DNA from: Bdellovibrionales bacterium
GTDB taxonomy: Bacteria > Bdellovibrionota > Bdellovibrionia > Bdellovibrionales > JAUICD01
Direction of reading: 5' to 3'
Assembly: GCA_965203275.1 (NCBI GenBank)
Contig: OZ241865.1
Location: 64,001 to 128,000 of the forward strand
Length of the DNA stretch: 64,000 nt
Made by a program: the position numbers and the translations under genes. Below are positions 12,116 to 22,139 of this stretch, in pieces; position 1 is the first letter of the stretch, and each line of letters starts with the position of its first letter. Under the pieces are notes generated by a model that worked only from the letters and a program-made list of their open reading frames with translations, did no database searches and was not told the DNA's origin.

Positions 12116-13238
12116 CAAAAATGACATTCAAAATATCAACATCCAAAAAATATCTATTTTAAATTTTGTATCTTTATGGACTCAACAAAATGCCTCTCAA
12201 AATAATGTGTTTTTAGATGTACGATCCGAGAGAGAATTTTCAAATCAAAAGCTCCCTTTATTTACTTCTGCCTCACTTTTAAATAATCAGCAACATGCTC
12301 TGATAGGTACTATTTATAAGCAACAGGGAGCAGATCAGGCTCTAAAAGAAGGGTTCAGACTGTCACAGCTTCATTTAGAAGAAAGATTAAAACTTTGGAA
12401 AACCCTCACACAATCAAAAAATGTTTTTATTATTTGTCTCAGAGGAGGTTTGCGTTCTCGCATTGTCGCTCACTATGTGCAGCACCTTGCACATAAATGT
12501 TATCAAGTGGAAGGAGGTTATAAAGCTTTACGTTCTTTCTTGTTAGATCAGTTAAAATATTTAAACAAATATACTTTTTATATTCTCACAGGGAAAACAG
12601 GAAGTGGAAAAACAAAACTCCTCAATGAACTTAAAATGGAAGGAGTCATTGATTTAGAAAAGTTAGCTGATCACAAAGGTAGTAGCTTTGGCTATTATAT
12701 AGATCGAAAGCAACCCACTCAATCGAGTTTTGAAAATGCCTTATTGTTTGAATTATTAAAAGGCAGATTTTCACAAGATCATCCTTTTTATCTCTTAGAA
12801 GACGAAAGTCATTTGATTGGACATAATTTCATACCCAATCCTATAAAAGAAAAAATGCGATTATCGCCTGTGATTTATTTAGATGCAGATATTGAAGTGA
12901 GGTCGCAACGGATTTTTGAGGAATATATTTTAATGCCTTTAAAACAAGGTATTTCAAAGCAAGCTTTATTAGAGCATGGTTTGATGGGTCTTCAAAAAAT
13001 TGCCAAACGTTTGGGACATAAACAATTTGATTTATTAAAAAAATCTATGGTAGAAGCTTTTTATCAAAGTTTTATAGACAAAGAGAGTCACTTAAAATAT
13101 ATTCGTAAATTATTAGAGGTTTATTATGACAAACGATATGACTTTGCTTTTAATAAGAGTAAAAGTTCAAGAGAAGTTTTATTTAAAGGCTCTTTTAAGG
13201 ACTGCAAACTATGGCTAAACAACAACCTTACACCATAA
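12099..13238 (+). CDS. selU: tRNA 2-selenouridine synthase
   Basis: Rhodanese DVRSEREF and CLRGGLRS; P-loop GKTGSGKT; DLEKLADHKGSSFG; EDES; adjacent to selD. Confidence 0.93.
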   Translation: MKILNSKNDIQNINIQKISILNFVSLWTQQNASQNNVFLDVRSEREFSNQKLPLFTSASLLNNQQHALIGTIYKQQGADQALKEGFRLSQLHLEERLKLWKTLTQSKNVFIICLRGGLRSRIVAHYVQHLAHKCYQVEGGYKALRSFLLDQLKYLNKYTFYILTGKTGSGKTKLLNELKMEGVIDLEKLADHKGSSFGYYIDRKQPTQSSFENALLFELLKGRFSQDHPFYLLEDESHLIGHNFIPNPIKEKMRLSPVIYLDADIEVRSQRIFEEYILMPLKQGISKQALLEHGLMGLQKIAKRLGHKQFDLLKKSMVEAFYQSFIDKESHLKYIRKLLEVYYDKRYDFAFNKSKSSREVLFKGSFKDCKLWLNNNLTP

Positions 13239-14302
13239 AACTCACACAAACTGTCAAAAAGGGCGGATGTGCTTCAAAGCTTCCAGCAAAACATTTAAAG
13301 TCCATTTTACAAGAACTCTCTTTGAGATCTTCACCTCATTTATTGACACAATTTCAAACATGGGACGACGCTGCTGTGTGGGATTTAAAAAACAATGATT
13401 TTAAAAATAATACAGCCGCTTTAGTTCAAACTTTAGATTTTTTTACACCTATTGTAGATGACCCTTATACCTTTGGACAGATTGCAGCAGTCAATGCCAT
13501 GAGTGATGTGTATGCTATGGGGTGTCAGCCTCGTTTGACACTTTGTATTTTAGCTTTCCCTGCAAAAACTTTAGATATAGAAGTCATAAAACCTTTAATG
13601 GAAGGAGCTTTAGAGAGAATTCATAAAGCAGGAGCCGTGTTGGTAGGAGGTCATACCATCGATGATGAAACATTAAAATTGGGTTTTGTTGCCAGTGGTT
13701 TTGTAGATAAAAATCATTTTTGGAGTCATGCTAAGGCTCAAATAGGTGATCAACTGATTTTGACAAAGGCTTTAGGGGTAGGGACTTTAGTTTCTGCTTA
13801 TAAAAAACAAAATACACATCAAACAGAAAGATGGCTTAAAGGAGCTATCTCTAGCATGATTCAATTAAACAATGTGATTGATTTTTGTAAAATCAGAGAT
13901 GTACATGCTGCCACTGATGTGACAGGGTTTGGTTTTTTAGGACATGCTTGTCAAATGGCTAAAGCAAGTGGAGTTTCGTTTCAGTTAGATATTCAACAAA
14001 TTCCTCAATTACCTGGAGCTATGGATTCATTAAAGCAAGGTCACCTTGTCAAAGCCCATTATACCAATGCAGATTATGTAAAAGACCTTGTAGATTATGG
14101 GGTAGCTAAAGAAGAAATGAAATCGCTTTTAAATGACCCTCAGACCTCTGGGGGATTGTTACTGGCTGTTCCTGCTAGTTGTGCTTCTTTGTTTGTCTCT
14201 CGATTAAGCGAAGCATTTCCATGTACTCGAGTTATTGGAGATGTGACTGGAATAAAAAATAAATTAGTACATCTTTTTTCAGCAGATAAAAATGAGTGTT
14301 AA
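13211..14302 (+). CDS. selD: selenophosphate synthetase (Cys form)
   Basis: GGCASK, DFFTPIVDDPYTFGQIAAVNAMSDVYAMG, TDVTGFG, DPQTSGGLL. Confidence 0.96.
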   Translation: MAKQQPYTIKLTQTVKKGGCASKLPAKHLKSILQELSLRSSPHLLTQFQTWDDAAVWDLKNNDFKNNTAALVQTLDFFTPIVDDPYTFGQIAAVNAMSDVYAMGCQPRLTLCILAFPAKTLDIEVIKPLMEGALERIHKAGAVLVGGHTIDDETLKLGFVASGFVDKNHFWSHAKAQIGDQLILTKALGVGTLVSAYKKQNTHQTERWLKGAISSMIQLNNVIDFCKIRDVHAATDVTGFGFLGHACQMAKASGVSFQLDIQQIPQLPGAMDSLKQGHLVKAHYTNADYVKDLVDYGVAKEEMKSLLNDPQTSGGLLLAVPASCASLFVSRLSEAFPCTRVIGDVTGIKNKLVHLFSADKNEC

Positions 14303-15262
14303 AAAACAACGAGGATATCCTCTCTACTAAAAGTGGTCAGGCTTTTGAGGCGATGACCATTTTATCGACGTGAAATAAATATCTTGTTTCCTTAACATGG
14401 AGTTAAGAGACGAGAGGATCCTTCTTACTAAAAGTGGTCAGGCTTTCTAGGTTGCCAGCAGATGAAAGAACTTTTCCCTTAACATCGCGTAAAAAAAAGA
14501 AATGATCCTTTCTACTAAAAATAAACGGATTTTTGAGGCAATCAGCCTTTGATCGACGGCGACAGCCGTCGGGCTGATTGCCCAAAAACAGCCAGAGGCT
14601 GGTTTATTTTTAGTGAAAAAGATAAGAAGGCGAATAGCCTTCGGCTGGCAACCAGAAAGTGACCAGAGGTCAGAGCACTTTGAGTGAACCGGAGGCATGA
14701 TTTATTTTGAGTGAAACAAACCCTTAACATCGTATTTTTCCGGGATCCGGGGTCTGGGATCCGGGATCCGGGGTCTGGGATCCGGGATCCGGGGTCTGGG
14801 ATCCGGGATCTGGCAACCCGGCAGACAGGCAAGAATGAAGCGAATATCTTGTTTCCTTAACATGGAGTTAAGAGACGAGAGGATCCTTCTTACTAAAAGT
14901 GGTCAGACAGCAAGCTTCTCTGAAGCTTGCCATGTAACAACACTAGGCAATGACCATTTTGTCAAAGGCGAAAGCCTTTGCGGTCATTGTCCAAAAGTGG
15001 CCAGAGGCCAGTTCACTTTGAGTGAACATAAAAAGAACTTTTTCCTTAACATGGTGTTAAGAGACGAAGAGATCCTCCTTCCTAAAATTGAACAGGCTTT
15101 TGAGGCAGTTAGCCTTTGATCGACGGCGACAGCCGTCGGGCTAACTGCCCAAAAGTAGCCAGAGGCTAGTTCAATTTTAGGGAAACAGACCACTTTTAGT
15201 GAAACAGAGGCTGGTTTACATTTAGTGAAATGATGAGGATCAACGAAGTTAGACAATGGAAG
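14297..15262 (+). repeat. family A cluster with a nested unit, 10x heptamer run, unit with hairpin insert, and a family B 3' fragment
   Basis: Units ~14473-14618, 14852-15027 and 15041-15186; heptamers 14740-14809; 14426-14653 identical to 22621-22848. Confidence 0.9.
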
Positions 15263-15263
15263 G

Positions 15264-16112
15264 TCAATTAAAGGAAAGTACTTGATCCCATTGGATTTTA
15301 AGAGGCAATAACTTAAGTTGAGATATTAAAATATAAGTTTTAGCAGGATTGAATTTAGATATTTTAAGACAACCATTTTGAATGAGCTTTCCTGTATCCT
15401 CTTGAGTCCATCCAAACCGTTTATCATTTAAGACATCTAAAACTTCTTCTCTAAGTCTTTTAGAGTCAATACCAGAAATGGTCACATTATAATAAAAATC
15501 ATCTGAATCTGAAACATCTGAGGCATTAGCATAATCTGTAACCTCTTGAATAGGATTTGAAGGCTGGCTGTCTATCTTAGGAGTTTGTACTTTAGAAGAA
15601 TCCAACTGAGATGGCGTTTGTTCCAATGTTGGTGGATCTTCAAGAGGTGGATTTTCTTGTGATGCTTGTTCAAGAGATGCTTCTTCAAGAGGTGATTGTT
15701 CAAGAGATGGCTCTTCAAGAAATGGTTCTCTAAGAGATGGATCTTCAAGAGAGGATTGTTCAGGAGAGATATCTTCAGAAGTGGTGGAGTTTTTATCTTG
15801 ATCTGTACTCTGTTCCGCTTCACTTTCTATTTGCGATGAAGAAATATCTTCTTGTAGAGGAGAAAGAGAGGCACTCGATGTATGTTGTTCCTGATCTTCG
15901 ACAGGTTGCATGTCATGGCTTTCATTGATCTGTTGTTTCGGATGATCTTCTGGTTCATCTGGAAATTCTTCAGAATCAGAAGGTGTAGGAGGTTGCTTTT
16001 GTACGTTGCCTTCAAAGTCAATAAAGACAAAGGTATGACAAGAAGGACATTGTGTCAATCCATAAATATTATTATCAATCTCTGCATGACAACTTAAACA
16101 TTGGGATGGCAT
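15264..16112 (-). CDS. hypothetical protein: N-terminal zinc ribbon, acidic repeat linker, conserved-looking C-terminal domain
   Basis: CLSC...CPSC; pentapeptide repeats of the LEQSP/LEEPS type. Confidence 0.75.
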   Translation of the reverse strand: MPSQCLSCHAEIDNNIYGLTQCPSCHTFVFIDFEGNVQKQPPTPSDSEEFPDEPEDHPKQQINESHDMQPVEDQEQHTSSASLSPLQEDISSSQIESEAEQSTDQDKNSTTSEDISPEQSSLEDPSLREPFLEEPSLEQSPLEEASLEQASQENPPLEDPPTLEQTPSQLDSSKVQTPKIDSQPSNPIQEVTDYANASDVSDSDDFYYNVTISGIDSKRLREEVLDVLNDKRFGWTQEDTGKLIQNGCLKISKFNPAKTYILISQLKLLPLKIQWDQVLSFN

Positions 16113-16202
16113 ATTTTTATTTTAATCTACATATTTTATAAAGTCAAAACTTACTTTGTTAAGCTTTCAACTTAAGCTGGCTATCTACAATCAAAGCTAC
16201 TT

Positions 16203-19200
16203 TTATAATACAGCTGGTTTTGCAATAGTTTGTTTTGTCATATCTACAGCGACCATCTTAGAAATACCTTTTTCTTCCATTGTGACACCATAAAGTTTGT
16301 CACAAATTTCCATAGTGTGTTTATTATGTGTTACAAGAATCATTTGAGCATGTTTGGACATCTCATTGATCAAATCATTAAATCTAAACACATTAGCATC
16401 ATCTAAAGGAGCATCCACTTCATCTAACACACAGTAAGGAGATGGCTTGACTAAAAAAATTGCAAAAATCAATGACACTGCTGTTAATGCCTTTTCCCCT
16501 CCTGATAACAAACTCACATTTTGTAATCTCTTGCCTGGGGGACGAGCTGTGATAGCAATCCCCATATCTTCCTTATCTTTGAGTTCTACCATACTCATAA
16601 AAGCTTCCCCTCCTCCAAATAAAACAGGAAATACTTTTTGAAAACGTATATTAACAGACTCAAAGTTCTCTTGAAACCGCTCATCACAAATCTTATTGAT
16701 CTTATTAATTACTTGGTTTAATTCTTTTTTTGCTAACTCTAAGTCATCTCTTTGTTGAGATAAAAAAGAATATCGATTTTTAACTTCTTCGTACTCTTGA
16801 ATAGCAGCTAAATTGACATTCCCCATTTTTTGTAGTTGAGAATTCAAAGTTTCTAGTTTTTTTTCTGCTTCATCCCAATCAATCTCCTTCCATTCTAATA
16901 CTTGATTTTCTTTACTTGTTTTATTTTTATATTCCATTGCCACATCTTTTAAATTTACCATATAACGCTCATTAATAGTTTCAACAAGAGCTTTCATTTT
17001 AAGCTCTAAAGTATTAGCTCCAAGAGATAAATCATTGATTTGCATTTGTACTCCATTGGATTCCTTTCTTAAAACAGATAATTGTTGATCCATAGTGTTT
17101 AGCTGACTTCTTGAGGTTTCATATTGATTTTGAGTTTTAGAAAATATCTTTTGCTTTTCTTGCTCTTGAGTTAAAATATTTTGTAAGCTAGATTGTTCTC
17201 CTTTGTATGTTGTTTGAGCTTCAGCTTGCATGGCAATGCTCTGCTCCCTCTGTTGTGTGATCCGAGTCATCCTTTGAGAAAGTTCATTCATTTGTTTTTG
17301 GAGCATTTCTTTTTGATGTTTTTTACCTTCTGCCTCTTGAGTACATGCTGTTGAATCTATACTTAGCTGATGGACTTTTTGCCTTAAATTATTTAATTGG
17401 CTTTGACTTTTTGATATATTTTCGGTCAACGACTTGATCTGAGAGGACAAGGTTTCTTTTTTCTTAAGGATTGTTTGTTGTTCTTTGATAAAAGATTGCT
17501 TTTGTTTTTCCTGCTTTTGTTTTTGAGTTAAAAGCCTATCAATAACGGCATTTTGTTTATCTAATACCAACTGACTATCAGTTACTTCTATAGAAGCTCT
17601 TTCTAAGTCTTTTTTTAATTCAATGACTTTCATTTCTTGTTGAATATGGTCTTTTTGAGTTTGCTTAAGATCTTTTTCTAGGATTTCAAGACAATGTTCA
17701 TGGTTTTTTAATTCATCTTCTGCAACTATGAATTGTTGCTCACAATCTATCGATTGCTTTTTGATTTCTTTAATTTCTCTGCGTAACTTTAATCGACTCG
17801 AATCAATAAAATCAGGGGTGCCTCCTATAACAATCCCCTTAGGCAAAAGAACATCTCCAGTCAAAGTGACAAAAGTCCAATCAGGATATTGAATAGATAG
17901 ATCGTATAAAATACTTTTTACAATAGCTGTTTTGTTTAAAAGAACATCAATACAAGCTCGATATTTTTTATCAGTGACAACAAAATCTTTCAATAATCCT
18001 ATGACTATTTCATTTTCAATGGGTGTATCTATAGGCTTTTGAACAGAGACATTTAAAAAGCTAGCACGTCCAGCTTGGTTTTGTTTTAAAAAATCAAAAG
18101 CTTTAAAAACATCCTCTAAAGAGTTAGCTAGAAGAGCTTGCAGGTGTCTACCTAAAACAGCTTCAAGAGCTAATTCATATTTTTTAGAGACTTCTATCAC
18201 ATCAGCTACAGGAATAAACAAAGACTTTTGTGATGATGTAAGATTTTCTCTCCATGCTAAAACCTCTTTAGCTCCTTGATCAAACCCTTCAAAGTTTTTA
18301 TAAAGGTTCTCTAATGCACTCAACTGACTAGTTATTTTGTTTTTATTGTCTTTTAATTGATGTGTTGTTTGTTTTTTTTCTGTCAGTAGTTGCAGTAAGT
18401 TATCTTGATTGTCTTTAAATTGTTGCATATCACTTGTCAAACTGAGTTGTAATTGCCTAGCCTTTTCTAATTTACGGGCAGTATTGTCTTTGATTTTTAT
18501 AGTTTCTTTATTTTTATGAACCATTTCTTTGAGTAGAGATCCTGATGTATCTTCTTGAATTTGTAATTCTTTTTGACTTGCTTGAAGTGATTTTATTTCA
18601 GCTTCAATATGGGCTTCTTCTTGATGGGCTTTCATTAGAGCAGTTTGCTGTTCATTTAAAATATTCTGATCTTGTTGCAATTTGGTTTGATCTTTTTCAT
18701 GTTGTGCATTAAGAGTTTTATACTGAGATTCAATTTGTGTGGCTTTTTTTTGCAGATCTTCATAGGCAAGACTTAATTGTTGTAAGTCTTTTTGTAAATG
18801 ATCTTTTTGTGTTTGGACTTCACTGCTCATATCAGAATGTAGACTTTCTTGTTTTTGAGATTGTTCTATTTGAAATTCTAAACCTTGAATAATCTTTTCT
18901 TTGGTTCTAATAGCAAGTTTTGTTTCTTCAATAGATTGTTGTTGAGATTCTAGTTTTTTTTCACATTCTAATTGCCAGAGTTTTTTAGCTTCTTTTTGCT
19001 TTTCTTGCTCTGCAATTTTACTTTGGTATTCAAGGTCGCTGTCTTTTAACTCTTGGAGTGAAGACTGATTAGATATATATTTTTCTTCCAAGTTAAGAAA
19101 GTTTCTTGAGCAAATAAGCAGATCCTGCTTTTCAATTTTATCTTGTAATTTTTTATATCGGCTGGCTTTTTGAGATTGACGTTCTAGAGCCGAAAGTTGC

Positions 19201-19808
19201 CTTTGTAGTTCATTCATAATATCACCTAATCTTGTAAGATTTTCTTCTGTAGTTAGTAACTTTCTTTGAGATTCTTTTTTGCGGGCTTTAAATTTTGTAA
19301 CTCCAGAGGCTTCTTCTATAATAACTCTCATATCTTCAGGCTTTGCTGTCACCAGTCGACTGATAGCTCCTTGTTCTATTAAACTAAATCCTTTAGATCC
19401 AGCTCCTGTGTCCATAAAAATTTCATGGATATCCTTAAGTCGAACAGGTTCTTGCTGAATTAAATATTCTGATTGTCCTGAGCGGTGAAGTCTTCTTGTG
19501 ATACAAATTTCAGAATATTGTAAATAGGGAGCAGGGAAAAACTGACCGTCATTTTCTAGTGTAAGAGATACTTCTGCTAGACCACCAGGGACATGACCTT
19601 GAGAGCCTTGAAAGATCACATCTTCCATAGAAGAACCACGAAGTCCTTTTGCAGACATCTCACCCATAACCCATTGCAGAGCATCTACAATATTGGACTT
19701 ACCACAACCATTAGGCCCCACAATAGCTGTGATATCAGCATCAAAGTGAATCACTGTTTTGTCTTTAAAAGACTTAAAGCCTGTGATCTCTAGCTTTTTA
19801 ATTTTCAA
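16203..19808 (-). CDS. smc: chromosome segregation protein SMC
   Basis: GFKSF, GPNGCGKSN, long coiled coils, hinge, LSGGEK, LDEVDAPLD. Confidence 0.97.
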   Translation of the reverse strand: MKIKKLEITGFKSFKDKTVIHFDADITAIVGPNGCGKSNIVDALQWVMGEMSAKGLRGSSMEDVIFQGSQGHVPGGLAEVSLTLENDGQFFPAPYLQYSEICITRRLHRSGQSEYLIQQEPVRLKDIHEIFMDTGAGSKGFSLIEQGAISRLVTAKPEDMRVIIEEASGVTKFKARKKESQRKLLTTEENLTRLGDIMNELQRQLSALERQSQKASRYKKLQDKIEKQDLLICSRNFLNLEEKYISNQSSLQELKDSDLEYQSKIAEQEKQKEAKKLWQLECEKKLESQQQSIEETKLAIRTKEKIIQGLEFQIEQSQKQESLHSDMSSEVQTQKDHLQKDLQQLSLAYEDLQKKATQIESQYKTLNAQHEKDQTKLQQDQNILNEQQTALMKAHQEEAHIEAEIKSLQASQKELQIQEDTSGSLLKEMVHKNKETIKIKDNTARKLEKARQLQLSLTSDMQQFKDNQDNLLQLLTEKKQTTHQLKDNKNKITSQLSALENLYKNFEGFDQGAKEVLAWRENLTSSQKSLFIPVADVIEVSKKYELALEAVLGRHLQALLANSLEDVFKAFDFLKQNQAGRASFLNVSVQKPIDTPIENEIVIGLLKDFVVTDKKYRACIDVLLNKTAIVKSILYDLSIQYPDWTFVTLTGDVLLPKGIVIGGTPDFIDSSRLKLRREIKEIKKQSIDCEQQFIVAEDELKNHEHCLEILEKDLKQTQKDHIQQEMKVIELKKDLERASIEVTDSQLVLDKQNAVIDRLLTQKQKQEKQKQSFIKEQQTILKKKETLSSQIKSLTENISKSQSQLNNLRQKVHQLSIDSTACTQEAEGKKHQKEMLQKQMNELSQRMTRITQQREQSIAMQAEAQTTYKGEQSSLQNILTQEQEKQKIFSKTQNQYETSRSQLNTMDQQLSVLRKESNGVQMQINDLSLGANTLELKMKALVETINERYMVNLKDVAMEYKNKTSKENQVLEWKEIDWDEAEKKLETLNSQLQKMGNVNLAAIQEYEEVKNRYSFLSQQRDDLELAKKELNQVINKINKICDERFQENFESVNIRFQKVFPVLFGGGEAFMSMVELKDKEDMGIAITARPPGKRLQNVSLLSGGEKALTAVSLIFAIFLVKPSPYCVLDEVDAPLDDANVFRFNDLINEMSKHAQMILVTHNKHTMEICDKLYGVTMEEKGISKMVAVDMTKQTIAKPAVL

Positions 19809-19949
19809 AGCTAAGCTCCTTTTTTAACTGTGTTTATTATGACACATCTTTTTTAGGAAAATAAAGGCTTTTTTACAAACTGCCCTTCTGCCCCTTCTGC
19901 CCCTTCTGCTCTTCAAAAACAAGTGATGCAAAACTTATTTGATTATATT

Positions 19950-21263
19950 TTAATATAGTTCATTGCTTGAGAGGTTTTTTTGGATTTCTTGATGGATTTC
20001 TTCTCTTAAATCTTCATCGCTTATTTGCTCAAGCATACTTTGTAAAAAACTGATAGATAGAGATTGAAGTGCCTCTTTATAAGGTAGCCCACGGCTTTGG
20101 AGGTAGAAAATCTCATCCTCATGGATCTGTCCTACAGTTGCTCCATGTGTCGCTTTGACATCATCTGCAAAAACATCGAGTTCTGGTTTCACATCGGCTT
20201 CTGCAAAAGGGCTTAAAATCAAGCTTTTACTAGATTGGTGGGAATCCGATTTTGAAGCTTTTTGATCTATACCAACCAAGCCATTGAAAACATATCTTGC
20301 GTGGTCTAAAAGAATACTTCTCGCATTTAATCGACTTTGGGTTTGTGGTTTGATATGTTGAATGTAAAAGTGTGAATCAGAATGGCTTTGCTTTTGAAGT
20401 AGAGAAAGAGAATGCATAAAAGCCTGACTTTCTAACCCCTTTAAATGAACAACTCTGTTGTGACGTAAATATTCCTGCCCTAAGTGAACGTCAATAGATT
20501 TTAATGAGCATTTATGCCCACTTAAATCAAAATAATTTTGTGTCAAAAGTGTGGAATGAGCATCTAAAGACTGTCTAAAATAAATATCAAGATGAGCTGT
20601 ATCTTCTAATCTTGCTCTACAACAAAAAGTTAATAAGTTCTTTATATCCTTTTGTGTTTGTGTTGAATTTTTCACATCTTTGATATGAATAGAAAGCTTT
20701 AATTGGCTACCTTCTTGAAGGTGAAAAAACAATCGACACCCCATCATATTTTGTGATTGTCTTTGAATCTCAATGTGTAAAGGGAAGTCAAGTATCGTGT
20801 GAGGAGCGACTGTAATGAAATAAATATCTTTACAGAGTAAAATATTTAAATGTTCTAATATAGGTTCTTCTTTTAAAAAAGATTGAAAGAAGCTTTCTTT
20901 AAGAAGGTTATTTGTTTTTTGATCTGCAAAAAATGCATTGTCTTGTTGGGTAAGGCTTTTTATAGAGACTCCTTGAGGTAGCTTGTTTTTAAAGGATTCT
21001 GGCTGGCATAAACCTTCATTAAAAACAATTTGATAGGGAGTCTTTGACGATATGGAAGTATTTTGAGTATTGTGAATATTTTGAGTATCAGAATATAAGA
21101 GATGATTTATGTGAGGGAATAGAGTATATTTCCATTGTTCCCTTCGAGGTGGAAATGTTTTTAAAGCTTTTAAGGCGTTAGCACTTTTGAGTTTTTCTGT
21201 TTTGAGGAAATCAGGAATAAGCATAGATGTTGTGGCTTTAAGTGCAGCATCAACAAACTTCAT
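19950..21263 (-). CDS. sufD: Fe-S cluster assembly protein SufD
   Basis: REQWKYT, VFNGLV, KPELDVFADDVKATHGATVG, FYLQSRG. Confidence 0.88.
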   Translation of the reverse strand: MKFVDAALKATTSMLIPDFLKTEKLKSANALKALKTFPPRREQWKYTLFPHINHLLYSDTQNIHNTQNTSISSKTPYQIVFNEGLCQPESFKNKLPQGVSIKSLTQQDNAFFADQKTNNLLKESFFQSFLKEEPILEHLNILLCKDIYFITVAPHTILDFPLHIEIQRQSQNMMGCRLFFHLQEGSQLKLSIHIKDVKNSTQTQKDIKNLLTFCCRARLEDTAHLDIYFRQSLDAHSTLLTQNYFDLSGHKCSLKSIDVHLGQEYLRHNRVVHLKGLESQAFMHSLSLLQKQSHSDSHFYIQHIKPQTQSRLNARSILLDHARYVFNGLVGIDQKASKSDSHQSSKSLILSPFAEADVKPELDVFADDVKATHGATVGQIHEDEIFYLQSRGLPYKEALQSLSISFLQSMLEQISDEDLREEIHQEIQKNLSSNELY

Positions 21264-22042
21264 TATGAAACCTCATGAGATATATGGGCATCTTTTAGAA
21301 AATAATCATAACCTTGGGTTTCTATTTGATGAGCTAGTTGCCAATCCCCTGTTTTAATGATTTGGCCTTGATGAAAGATATGTACATAGTGAGGTTTAAT
21401 ATATTCTAAAATCCTTTGGTAGTGGGTGATCAAGAGCAATGCTTTATGAGATGAGAGGAAGTTTTTAATAACATGCGTGAGCATTTTGAGAGCATCTACA
21501 TCTAAACCTGAATCAATTTCATCTAAAATAACTAATTTGGGATCAAAGATGATCATTTGTAGAATTTCATTTTTTTTCTTTTCCCCGCCAGAGAAACCTT
21601 CATTGACAGATCGGTCTAAAAATTTTTGATCAAAGCCAATAGTTTGGGCTTTTTCTAAGACCCATTTACGAAAGTGATTTTCTGAAAGTGGACCTACACC
21701 TTGGTGACAGCAAAGGGATTTAAAACAAGAATAGAGAAACTGAAAATTGCTTAATCCAGGGATTTCTAATGGGTGTTGTAAAGAAAAAAAAATACCTTCT
21801 TTTGCTCGCAGATCAGGATTCATATCTTGGAGAGGTTTGAGTTGGCTATTGATTTCAAACTGCATGCTTCCACCTGTGATTTGAAGATGAGGATATCCTG
21901 AAATTGTTTTAGCCAGGGTGCTTTTACCTGAGCCATTAGGTCCCATCAAAGCATGTATTTCTCCTTTTTTAATGTGAAGATAAAGGTTTTTTAAAATTTT
22001 TTTCTGGTCAATTTGAACATTTAAAGCTTCAATTTGGAGCAT
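21263..22042 (-). CDS. sufC: Fe-S cluster assembly ATPase SufC
   Basis: MGPNGSGKST, RSVNEGFSGGEKKKNE, LDEIDSGLDVDA, ITHYQRIL. Confidence 0.96.
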   Translation of the reverse strand: MLQIEALNVQIDQKKILKNLYLHIKKGEIHALMGPNGSGKSTLAKTISGYPHLQITGGSMQFEINSQLKPLQDMNPDLRAKEGIFFSLQHPLEIPGLSNFQFLYSCFKSLCCHQGVGPLSENHFRKWVLEKAQTIGFDQKFLDRSVNEGFSGGEKKKNEILQMIIFDPKLVILDEIDSGLDVDALKMLTHVIKNFLSSHKALLLITHYQRILEYIKPHYVHIFHQGQIIKTGDWQLAHQIETQGYDYFLKDAHISHEVS

Positions 22043-22139
22043 GATTTCTTCCTTTTGAGTTTTTGAGTTTATATTAAATATGCAAATAATTGACTTATAT
22101 AACGATTTATAGATGTCATCAAGCTTCTTTTTTTCTCAA

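Noticed and set aside
13211..13290. Selenocysteine in SelD
   Set aside because: The active-site codon is TGT (Cys) in GGCASK; there is no in-frame TGA.
14403..15256. Short ORFs within repeat clusters (e.g. 14403, 14447, 14542, 14835, 14984; also 6137, 9708, 22598, 27980, 58392, 60822, 60953)
   Set aside because: They are translations of the non-coding repeats; stops and frames are not conserved between copies.
19881..19910. 10-bp tandem (TGCCCCTTCT-like) between smc and sufD; 18-bp repeat at the ABC permease start; 67-bp-period duplication at ~54273-54380
   Set aside because: Short local slippage repeats with no further supporting structure.
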